Part shown: positions 46,260 through 56,820 of the stretch, piece after piece | Layout: each line of letters opens with the position of its first letter | Position numbering within the stretch: the stretch's first letter is position 1 | Assembly: GCF_000372725.1 (NCBI RefSeq) | Contig: NW_005201421.1 | Location: 124,001-188,000 of the forward strand | Source: Emiliania huxleyi CCMP1516 | Lineage: Eukaryota | Direction: 5' to 3' | DNA: 64,000 nt | Made by a program: the position numbers and the translations under genes | Notes under the pieces: model-generated | Databases searched by the model: none | What the model was told of the DNA's origin: nothing | What the model saw: the letters and a program-made list of their open reading frames with translations, nothing else

Positions 46260-49200
46260 TTATTTCTGTCTCGTGGTCGTGGCGAGCGATTTGCTGCGGT
46301 TCGCCGTGAGCCGCGCGAGGCCGCTCTTCCCCTTCTCGGGCACGCAGCGGCAGAGGCGCGTCGTCTTCGAGAAGGCCGCCTCGCACGTCGAGAAGGCGAT
46401 GTCGGAGACGAGGCACTGCTGGTACGTGTCCAGCGCGGAGTCGTGCACGTACGCGGGCAGCTCGTCCCCCACCTGGTGGCCGCAGCCCGCCTCGCACGGG
46501 AAGTGGCGCGCCAGCGCCTCGCACGACATCACCCACTCCAGCTCGCGCGCCTGCGGGAAGCTCGCAGGAAAGGTGCTAGGAGAGGTCAGGGGGGGCGGGC
46601 CTGCTCGTCCGGCCCTCGCGCGCCTGGCACCGCATCCCCGCACCCTGACACGCGGCGGCGCACGAGGCGCCTGGCGCCGCCTTCACCTCGCGCCACGCGT
46701 GGGCCTGTGGAAAGGCTCCAAGGGAAGGCTCGGACAGAAGGCTCCTCTCCTCCCCCCCCTCCCCCCCGCCACGCGGCGCACCGCCCGAAACGCGTGCTGC
46801 GGCGGCAGCCACGGGCACTTTCGTCGGTCTGCGAGGACCAGAGTGGCGCCTACTCTCGGCTTGGTGCGTGATGAGTTCGCGGAGAAGGACCAGACTAGCG
46901 CCGACTCCGCAGCTCGCAAGGCGGGGGGCGGGGGCGGGGGGAGGCGGGGGGGGGGGGGGGGGAGGGGGAGGCCGTCCCCCGGGGGGGAACCCAGGACGAT
47001 TGTCCCCTTGTCCCTGCCGGGGGGGGACTCCTACACACTCGTGAGGAGGGACTCAGCCGCGACTGGCGGGCTCTCCACTGCGCGAGCCGTCGTGGTCTCC
47101 TTCCAGAGGCCGAGCGGCGTGGCGAGAGAGCGGTAGGTCTCGCGCCTAGTCTCGGGGGGCGATCTCGGGTCGATCTCGGGCCGGGTCGCCCCCTCCCCCG
47201 TGGCGAGGGGCGGATTGAGCGCGTGTACGCGACGACGGTCGTGGTGCCCGCGCCGAGCGCCTCGAGCCACTGCCTCGCGGCCGGGGCATCGCCCGAGCTC
47301 TTCGACCAGAAGGACCCGCCGCCCGCCTGCATTAGACAGAGAGCGGTCGACGCAGGGACAGATCTCTCCCACCGGAAGGACCCGCCGCCCGCCTGCAGCT
47401 TTCCCTGCCCCGCCACGGGCGTGCTCCAAAAGTCGGACGCCTCCCGCCAGGCGGTGATGTGCGCCGGAGGGGCAAAGAGCGCCTGGGCGGGTGGGACCGC
47501 TGCTGATGGTCGCCGATGGGACGACTGGCGGTGTGCGCCGGCGGGCGACGCGCTCCTTGACAGCGTCGTCGTACGCTGGCCGTAGCAGGTGGTGCAGGTC
47601 GCCTGGTGCGGTGCTCTGCGGCGTTAGACTGCCCCCCTCCGTCGGGCGAGCATGGCGGTGGCAGACTGGTCGCCGAAGCTGCCGACGCCGTGCTCCGCGA
47701 AGCCGAACGCCTCGAACGGGCGGTTGTCCTTGACGTTGGTGCCTCGCTTCGACGCGTGCCGTGTGCGTGGCACCTCCGGCCGGAGGCACTCCCTGCCGCG
47801 CGAGGTGGACGAGAGCCGCATCCAGTGGTCCCACCTGCCGGGGAGATTTGGGGAGATGTGGGGAGATATGGGTGGCCCCAGCTGCCGGGGGCCAGGGCTA
47901 GGGCCTAGGGCTAGGGTCTTAGAGCCCAATCCAGTGTCCGACCTCCTCCTGCCCCTCCTCTGCCCCCCACGCCTCCTCCTCCCCACCACCACCACCCCAC
48001 GGACCTGCCCCACACTCGGACCAGTGCTGGCTGGTTGCCAACTCACGCTACTCGACTGCTACTCGCCGCGCCCCGTCGTCGCCGCCTCGGGCCAGTGCGG
48101 CGCGAGCTCGTCGTTCCACGTGTCGCCGGTCACCATCCAGCCCAAGCCTGTTGGGAGGCCCCGAGAAGGCTCAGGCAGGGCTCCACGTCTCGCGGCTCGC
48201 CGCCCAGCCACGCGGCCTGGGAAGTAGTCTGTCCGACCGATCGCCTCGCTCCTCGCCGCAACGTGCGGGTACCCCTGGTCGTTCCACGCAGACACGCACC
48301 AGAGCGTGCGGTCCCTCCGCAGCAGCCACGCAGAGGACCTACACACGGCTCGGCTCGGCTCACCCCGGCCCGCCGCGCAGTCCCGCCGCCGCGGCAGGCC
48401 GCAGCGGCGCGCCAGAAGAAGAGGAGCGTGTCGGGCGAGAGGAGCAGGTCATCCTCGAGCACCTGGGCCGTGGCTGGGAAGGCTCTCGGAAGGCTCGTGG
48501 AAGGCTCCAGCAGCGTCTTCCTCGATCACCACGGCGTGCGAGTGGCCGCGACCCGTCGGAGGAGCGCCCAGCACCGCCTGCGGCACCGCCCCCTCCGAGC
48601 TCAAGTCACCGCCGCCACGTCCCGCGGGCAAGGGAGGGAGGGGCCAGGGAGGGAGGGGCAAGGGAGGGAGGGGCCAGGGAGGGAGGGGCCAGGGAGGGAG
48701 GGGCCAGGGAGGGAGGGGCCAGGGAGGGAGGGGCCAGGGAGGGAGGGGCCAGGGAGGGAGGGGCCAGGGAGGGAGGGGCCAGGGAGGGAGGGGCAAGGGA
48801 GGGAGGGGCCAGGGAGGGAAGGGCGCCTGCAGCGCCGCCTTGAAGTGGCGCGAGATCTTGGCGTAGCCGGAGCCTAAGCTCGGGCCTCCTCGGCTCATCT
48901 CGCTGCGAGCGCGTGTCCGCAACGCGTCGCGCTCGAGACGCGAGCCCGCAAACGCCGGCTGGAAGCGCTGCTTTGGCGGCTGGTGGTAGCGGAGGACGTC
49001 GCGGACGCATGCCGCCGCCTTGGCCGCCGCCGCGATCTCGGCGCGGCCCGCGTCCTCCGACACGTACACCGCAAAGTGGCGCGCCTAGTAGGGGCATGTC
49101 CCACGGCTCCGCCCAAGGCCTGCTCCTCTGCGCCTCTGGTGCAGCGGGGCGCGCACCATCCGCATGGGGCAGACGAGGCCGAGCGAGCGGGAGAGCATGT

Positions 49201-49714
49201 CCGCCCGGTCGTGCGACATGATGACCACCGCCGGGCTCGCCATGCAACCCACCGCCGGGTCGCTCGAGCACCCGTCTGCCTGGTCCTCCTCTGGCCTCGC
49301 CGCAGCGCCGCTCGTCTCTGCCGCCGCAAGAGCGCGCTGCTCCGCCTTGGCCTGCCGCCGCCGCTTGGCCCGAGCGACGCCGTCGTCCGCGGCGGCGTGC
49401 TTATTGGCGGCGCCCTCGACCCACTCCGCGTGCTGCTGCTCGAAGGCCTCCACGTCCTTCGTCAGCGCCGCCTCTGCCGCCTCTGCCGCCGACCTCGCTT
49501 TCGCATCGGCGATCGCCGCCGTCGCTTTGGCATCAGCAGCTCTCGCAGCCGCCGCAGCCGCGTCGGCTTCCGCCGTCTCGTTGCCCTGTGGCTGCCGTCG
49601 CAGGCGAAGCAAAATGAGATAGGTGTAGCAGATCGTCGCCGCCATCACGAGCAAGACCAAAAGCAGCAGCGGCGAGCAGCGCCGCGGCCGGCGACGCGCC
49701 GCCCTCTCCCGCAT
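46260..49714 (-). CDS. MGAT1: GT13 alpha-1,3-mannosyl-glycoprotein beta-1,2-N-acetylglucosaminyltransferase I-like, multi-exon
   Basis: Type II TM anchor. Motifs [56 protein letters not shown] and WDHWMR…[14 protein letters not shown]. Confidence 0.85.
48632..48820. repeat. 15-bp minisatellite (GGGCCAGGGAGGGAG)n in a GnT-I intron
   Basis: About 12 tandem copies visible. Confidence 0.95.
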
Positions 49715-50063
49715 CGCTGGCCGAGGAGGGACGTGGCGGCCTCGGGCTGCTGCGAGGAGATTTTGCGACCGTGGGACGATGACGAGAGAGTCGTAGAGGT
49801 CGTACCACCGTGGCTGTGTCGAGCGCCGGGGCGGGGCGGTGTTGTGTGATGAACCTCGAGTCCCTGGGTCCCCGTGTTGCGTCTGACTGTCACTGAGCGG
49901 CCAGGACTCATAGACTCGGTCGAGAGACCCCAGATTGGCATCCATGCCTCTCTGGACAGGGTGGCCCGCCACAAGGACCCGAGGAATTGCGACTCGCCGC
50001 TTTCCTCCCGCTGTGATTCTGTGGTGAGCTCTGTGTCTTGATTTGCCAACAATAAACCTAAAA

Positions 50064-50516
50064 AAAAAGAGAAGGCCCGCCGCCTAAACATGGGCTGCAA
50101 GGCGCGCGGGCAACCCGGCCAACCCTTCGACCACAAGAACGGCCACGGCTACGTCAAGGCGCATCGCGGTTTCTACCACGACGCGATCTTTGTCAAGCGC
50201 AACAACTTCAACCTGCTGCTCCACGAGACGTTCGGCGGCGGCTTCTCGCCCACCGCCGTTCTCAAGCTGCGCCGCCTCGCGCGCAAAGTCGCGCGCGGCA
50301 GCGTCGACCGCACGGCCTACTCGCCCAAGTACTCGCTCTCTTTTATGTCCCACCATGCAGAGCGCATCTCTCTCTCTGTTGTGCGAGGCGTGAACCGCGC
50401 CATTCGCTCTCACCTGGCAACCCTGTCTGCACGTCTCGCGCGCGCGTGAACAGGGCTCCAGGCCCCAAATGACGTGTGAGTGTTAGAGTTGTTTGGTATT
50501 GCTAAAAATCTCTCTC
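50064..50516 (+). mobile_element. 5'-truncated RLE-type non-LTR retroelement, family A
   Basis: Same 119-aa translation as the 44460-44934 copy and a (CT)n tail. TSD TAAACCTAAAA at 50053-50063 and 50517-50527. Confidence 0.85.
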
Positions 50517-50542
50517 TAAACCTAAAACTGTGCTAGAACGGG

Positions 50543-50651
50543 AAAAAGAAACAAAGAAAACAGACAGCCCAAGGGAGGGATGGGAGGACGGCACGCCGCC
50601 ACCACACAGGGATTTTAAGGAGAGGTGTGTGGTGCGCTATCCGTCGCCCAC
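50543..50651 (-). mobile_element. 3' stub of (TTTC)n-tailed retroelement family B
   Basis: Reverse complement of about 60468-60576. TSD CTAGAACGGG at 50533-50542 and 50652-50661. Confidence 0.8.
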
Positions 50652-50816
50652 CTAGAACGGGGCCCGGGGTTGTGCGCGCATGTGTAATTTTCGAGGGACC
50701 TCGGTGTTGCCGCGACTCCCAGAGGCTCACCGCCTCGCTTGGCAACCTTCACACATCCCACTTTCAGGTACAACACGGACGCTCGTTCAGTGAGCTTCGC
50801 GTTCACTCTGTGCGAA

Positions 50817-51647
50817 ATGGCGTTCCGGATTCCGACGCAGAACGACGTCCCATCCACCGGCTTCTGGGGCGCCGCGACTGCCGTGCACCAATTCTGCGAA
50901 CCAAAGTACAAGACCTCTCACTACGTCGCCGAGTTCTACAACTCGCTCTCATCCTTTGTCTACGTCTTTGCCGCCGTGTACGTGCTCTCGCGGCGTGAAG
51001 CGCGCGCAGACCCGATGATTGTCATAAATGCACTGGCCGTGACGATTATCGGCCTCGGCTCGGTCGCCTTCCACGGCACGATGCTCTTCGAGTTTGAGCT
51101 GTGCGACGAGGTTCCGATGCTCGTCTACATCTCGCTCGCGATGCTCAACAAGTTGGGCTGCCACCCGATGCTCCTCACGCGAGCGCGCTGCGTCGTGTTT
51201 GCGAGCCTCGTCGTCAGCGCGTGCGCGCTGACCATCGCCGTCTACGCCAAGTACGCCGTGTACGAGTTCTTTGTCGCCTCGTTCACCGCGCTCGTGCTGC
51301 TCGACACGGCGCTCGCGCTGACGTGGCGCAGCAAGCAGCGCGTGACGACCTGGGCAGTCTACATGTCGATGGCGTGCATCCTGCTCGGCAAGATCCTGTG
51401 GGAGTGCGAGGTCCGCCTCTGCTCGACCGACGGGCGCGTCTGGCCGCTGCACGTGGTCTGGCACGCGCTCTCGTGCGCGGCGGCCTACTACGGCCTGCTC
51501 GCCGACATGGCGGCGCGCATCGACTGCGGCCTCTCGCCGGCGGTCGCGGGCGGGGAGACCAAGGTGGCGCTCCGGTGGGCGGCCGTGCCATTCTCCGAGG
51601 TGCACGTCGTGTGCGCGGCCGAGGAGGAGGGCAGCAAGGCGCGGTGA
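50817..51647 (+). CDS. Alkaline ceramidase (CREST superfamily, ACER3-like)
   Basis: Motifs GFWG…FCEPKY…YVAEFYNSLSS, GLGSVAFHGTM, DEVPM and LHVVWH. Multiple TM segments. Intronless. Confidence 0.9.
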   Translation: MAFRIPTQNDVPSTGFWGAATAVHQFCEPKYKTSHYVAEFYNSLSSFVYVFAAVYVLSRREARADPMIVINALAVTIIGLGSVAFHGTMLFEFELCDEVPMLVYISLAMLNKLGCHPMLLTRARCVVFASLVVSACALTIAVYAKYAVYEFFVASFTALVLLDTALALTWRSKQRVTTWAVYMSMACILLGKILWECEVRLCSTDGRVWPLHVVWHALSCAAAYYGLLADMAARIDCGLSPAVAGGETKVALRWAAVPFSEVHVVCAAEEEGSKAR

Positions 51648-51994
51648 GCTTGCGATGTCTGCTCTCTACGTGTACGTTTACTCTCGTCTCTCATTCGTCC
51701 ACATCTCTCTAATAGTAACTCTAACTCTCTCTCTCCCTCTCTCTCTCGGTGTTGTAGTACTCGATCAGCGACGCTCATGGCTAATGCAGCTGTACGTACC
51801 CACAGCTGCACGAGCGGGAGCGCCAAAAGAGCAGTGTCATAGTTTCATGCCTGCGATCACCCCCCATGGGTGCCCTTTCTAGTCATTCTAGTGAATGAAT
51901 TGACTCGTCCCAGTGGATGTGTCCGATTTCCGACGTCCCTGTCAAAATGTGCGTGACGTCCGATCCTTTGTAATCGTCTAGAGACGCTGGACAC

Positions 51995-53682
51995 ATGAGC
52001 ACGGAGCCGGCCGCTCCCGGCCCCACGCTGCGCCCACGGCCCGCGCGGCCGGCGCAGCCACCCGGGAGCTCAGGCGCTACCGCTCCGCTTGCGCATGGTA
52101 GCGGCCTACGGTCCGCATCCTGCCGTCCGGACAACCGAGCCCAACAATCGGCGCCGGACAACCGAGCCCAACACCCTCCGCCCAGCCCGGCCCAGGGGTC
52201 GCCGTCCGAGGCACCAGCCGCGACACCATCCGCCGGTGCCGCCGAGGCCGGTGCACTCAGCCCCAGCGGGCAGGCGCTTGCCGCCGCAGAGCTGGCGTCG
52301 CACCAGAGGCAGTGCGCAAGCGCGCAGCCTTTGCCTTTCGTGCAGGTGCAGAACCCTGGAGTGCAGCCGCAAATGTACCTGCCGCCCTCGTCTGGCCTCG
52401 CCGACCAGTGGGCCTGCTGCGCGTCGATGGCCATGCCTTCGCAAGCCTCCGGTTTCGGCTGGCCTGCCGCGCCTGCTCTCATGGACCCCGCTTGGGTGCA
52501 GAGCCCGCATGGCTGCAGCGCGCCCGCCTTCCACGGCTGGGGGATGGGGCAGGTGCAGCCCTCTTGCGGCTCCTACCTCCACACTGGCGCGCAGCAGCTC
52601 TACCCCTGCGGCGGCGAAGCGTGGTCGCCCTTTACGCAGCAGCACCAGGTGCAGCAGCAGATGCAGCAGCAGCAACAACTGATGCAGCAGCAGCAGCAGC
52701 ACGCCGCCTTTCAACCCGGGTTCCCTGCGCCTGGCGCTTCGGCTGCCGCCATTGGCGCTGGCCAGGCCGCCTCCGCCGCCCGAGGGCAAGCCGGAGTCGG
52801 TGAGCGCGACCCTCAGGTCGAGGGCCTCGCCTCTCTCCTCGCCCAGGCCGTGCGGCAGAGTGCCGGTGGCGCCAAGGCCAAGGTCAAGGACGTCAGCGCC
52901 GCCGAGGCCAACGCCGTCGCCACCACGCTCGACCCCGCCGACGTCGCCCCTTTCATCGCGCGCTTCAAGAACATGTGCATCCGGAAGGACCCGCGCTTCG
53001 TCAGGCTGTTCGCCCTCAACGCCGCCCAGCTAGCGAGCACCATCACTGCAGGCGACGACGAGCTCGCCTACCTCGACGCCTACGTCGCCGGGGCTGTTCA
53101 GTGCTGCCTCAAGCCCGACTCTGACGCTGTCAAGCTCTTTAGAAAGCGCAACGACGGCGGTCATCAAGGCAGCGGCCTCTACCAGCTTCAGAGCATCGCT
53201 CGGCTCGCCGTCCTCAAGCCCGGCGTCGAGATGCAGAACGCCGAGGCCGCCTTCAAGAAGAAGACGTTCTTTGTTGCCGGGATGGGGTTCGTCCCCGCGC
53301 AGCTCGCCGCGGAGACGCTCAAGGCCGAGTTCGCGCTCCTCACCAACCAGTGCCGATCGCACTTTGACGTCTACCGCGCCATCATCGGCAAGCTTCCCGA
53401 CCAGATCAGCGGCAAGCGCGATGCCCTCGCCGACAAGATCAACGAGTGGCAGTCCGGCGGGTTCCCGCCCTGGCACAGCTACGACGCCTTCATCACATAC
53501 GTCGCCAACCTGCTCAGCGACGGGAGCGCCTGCGTCAGCGCCGGCGATGCTGGCCCCGCCGATGCCGGCGCTGGCGGGCTCGAGGCGAACGCTGCTGAGA
53601 GGGCCGGCGGTGCCCCGCGCCCTCCTTGCCTCATCTGCGGCAGCCCCGACCACGGCACCAAGCAGTGCACGCGCGATAATCT
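51995..53682 (+). mobile_element. Gag-like ORF with CCHC zinc knuckle, truncated retrotransposon
   Basis: Pro/Gln-rich N-terminus, helical core, CLICGSPDHGTKQC (CX2CX4HX4C). Cut immediately afterwards by the MITE. No pol or LTR recognised. Confidence 0.6.
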
Positions 53683-54605
53683 CTCTGGGGGGGCGCGGGG
53701 GCCCTAGAGGGTGTCCATGCGGGGGGGGAGATGGGGTCCCCCAGCCCGCCGCAGGCGCCGATTTTTTTGGGATTTTTTCTTTTTCGCGCGATTTTTTACT
53801 TGTTTCCATGGGAATTCGGCGTACTTGCGGCCATGCTATCACGCCTTGCGACATCCTTTCGGCGCTGCTGACCGTGCCATGCTGCACAATTGATCACCTG
53901 CATAGCTCGCGGCCTTAGTCTTCGGCATTCAGTGACGACCTGATCGTACGGCCAGTAGGAAGGTGTCCTTCCACGCTTCCAGCTGCGTGCACGCTTTCTG
54001 ACGCAATGCGCGTCACAAACTGCCTCGGATTGGCTGCTGGCACTCTCGAGGCTATGCCTACACAGCCTCGCGCGCATGGGCAGTCAAGAGGGACCACGCA
54101 CCTTCTCAGGACAGCGCCGGTGCCTCTCTCTTGGACCGGCAAACTTGGCGGTCTCGTGTCACCAATGTGGGACCAGTGCGGCATCGCGCCATCGACAGCT
54201 CTGAACTGCGCCTCACCACTGACCGGGAAGGCCGCCAAGTGGGCCAGCACCGGTCGCACATTGTGGCAGCAGTCAGCAGTGCATGTCTGATAGCTAGAGC
54301 AGCAGCGTCAGGGTCGCAGGGTCGGATCGTGTCAAGCCTCTCGCCCGACCGGCCGCGTGCGAACGTCGGCCTGTCTGCTGTCTCGAGTGATCTGTCGGCG
54401 GTCAGTACGACCGATCAGGTTGGAGGTTTCTCATGATTGGAGGGTCTATCTGTATGTACTCCTCGAGATCTCTCCAAATCTGCCCTCTAACCAACCGTAA
54501 CCATTCGGGAAGTCGGTGCTCTGAGCGACTCTGAGCGCCGGAGCCCCGTTTCCGCAATGCGGCGCGGCGCACGGTGCCTCCGGGGGCCCCCGCGCCCCCC
54601 CAGAG
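53683..54605. mobile_element. MITE/non-autonomous DNA transposon, 923 bp
   Basis: Perfect 22-bp TIR ctctgggggggcgcgggggccc / gggcccccgcgcccccccagag. Flanks gATAATCT and cATAATCT (7-8-bp TSD). Confidence 0.85.
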
Positions 54606-55320
54606 CATAATCTTCTCCACCTGCTGCACCAAGGAGCTCTTCGTCCCCACGACCTCCTCCAGCTCGGGCAGGGTCTCCTGCTCGAGCGAGGAGCGACACC
54701 TTCAGCATGCAGCTCCCGACACAGCCTCTCGATGTCGTCCCTGCGGTGCTTTGCGTGGCTGTCCAGCGCCCGCAAGAGCAGCAGCCGCGTGCTAACCGAC
54801 CTCGGGTTGTAGAGAAAATTCTTCTCAGCCAGAGGCACGGATTGGAGATTGGCTTTGGGGACGTCGAGGGCTATCCGGGCACGGATGTGATGCAAAAGGG
54901 GTTCGTCGGGCCACTTTGCCAAGGCCCGGTCCACGGCGCCTACTGCCGTGCCGACCGAGCATATTCTGCGTGTATATTGACTGGGTATGGAACTGGTATG
55001 AGCTGCGACGTGCAGCTGCCTGCAACTGTGAGGAGCACGGCTGAAGCGTGTCCGTCGGCGGTGCAGCCACAACAGTGCTGTCGGGCCTCCAACTGCGGCG
55101 CCAGCCGACCAGGCTGGGCTCAGTAGGCGCCAAGGGAGGTACCAGAGGCACCAGTGGTTGGGCTGGGCAGACCGACACCAACATTGGCGATGGCGCCATT
55201 CAAACGAATTGATTGGGATTCGTACTCAGCGAGACTTGTGCAACCTGGTTCAGCGAAACCTATCGTCGCGTGGAGCAATGCGGCTCTGCGGTGCTCGGCG
55301 GGAGTGCTAGGCACTCGACT
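54606..55320 (-). pseudogene. Disrupted TPR-like gene fragment
   Basis: Helical fragments (VDRALAKWPDEPLLHHIRARIAL…; ETLPELEEVV…) in shifting frames, ending at the MITE. Confidence 0.35.
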
Positions 55321-55422
55321 GGCCAGTCACTTGGCAGCGCCAGCTCCGCGACCGTGCTGCCAGTGAAGGAGACGGCCAACCCTCGAAATCACCCTGGGAA
55401 CGTCCGGGTTTTGGAAGTAAAG

Positions 55423-55634
<212 letters not shown>

Positions 55635-55699
55635 ATAATACATAGAAGGGGACCACGTCCTCGCCCCGGAGCCACAGCGCACAGGGCCAGCGTCTATGT

Positions 55700-56466
55700 C
55701 TACACCGCCGCGACGTCGGAGCTCGCCATCGGTCGCGACGGCGCCGGTCGCAGCGCAAGCCTTCGGCGCGTCGTAGCGCGCGCCTCAGGGCTGTGCTCGT
55801 CGTTCACCGCGAGGTGGCACGAGTAAGAAAAGACGGCGAAACCGCTCAGAGCGAGGAATGCGTTCAGCTCGGGTGGGCCGACGCGGGCGGTGGGCAGCAT
55901 CAGTCCGACACCGCCCACGAAGAGCAGTGCGGTGCCTACACATAGGGAACTGCGACGAGTGAGAAGGGACGGAGGGCGGGGGCGGCAAGGGCCGAGGTGC
56001 GCCGCAGGCCGATCAGAACGTTGGTCATGCCACAGAGGTGTAGGAACTTTCGGCGGTACCGAACTGGCCTCGCCTCTGGCTCCTCGGGCTCAGCGACACA
56101 CGCCTCTTGCATGCAAATCTCCTGGCGGCACACGCCGCACGTTGGCGGCCCCGCTGACCGGCACGCAAGCTCCTCGAGGCAGCTCCGGTGCGCACGCATC
56201 GAGCGGCAGGCGCACACATTGACGAGCATCGGGCCGTCGGAGGAGAGGCAGATGTAGCAGCAGTCGTCCTCCGCGTCCACGTCGTGCTGGTAGGCGAGCG
56301 CCGCGGTGGAGCCCTCGTCGGGCCTCTGCACCGAGTGCGGTTCCTCTCGGAGCAGGCTGTGTTGCGCCTGATTCTCTTTGTCGCCGAGCAGCGCCGCTGC
56401 CTCTGTGGTCGGCGCAAATCCGCTCGGGTAGAACTCGTCGGGCAGCTTGTTGTGCGTGGCAAGCAT
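55700..56466 (-). CDS. RING-CH (MARCH-type) E3 ligase-like protein with C-terminal TM segments (2 exons)
   Basis: CYICL…VCACR…AHRSCL…CGVC (C4HC3). After an intron at about 55936-56001 come hydrophobic segments TALFVGGVGLML and AFLALSGFAVFSY. Confidence 0.75.
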
Positions 56467-56820
56467 AGCGCAGCTAGCGAGCAGGCGCGGAGGGGGGGTC
56501 GGCCACCTCCGCCGCTTCTAAGTTCTATCAAACCCGGCGCCCTCCACCCCCCCCTCCCCCCCGCGCGCGCGATAAGATTTCACGCCTGCGATGACAAATC
56601 GCTTGGCGGTGTACGTCTCTCAGCGGTGCGGATCTCGCCGCTCAAGCCTCGGGCTACACGTACAGGGTCCCCTGCTGAGGAACACGATGGTCATGACTTC
56701 GCGCGCCCCGGACAACCGCGGTCTAATCGCTCTGTGTGTGTGGCGTGCTCCATGCACCCCACGAATGGCAAGTGCGGCGGCGGTCTAATCGCGGCTGCTC
56801 TCGCGACAACTATGCGCCTC

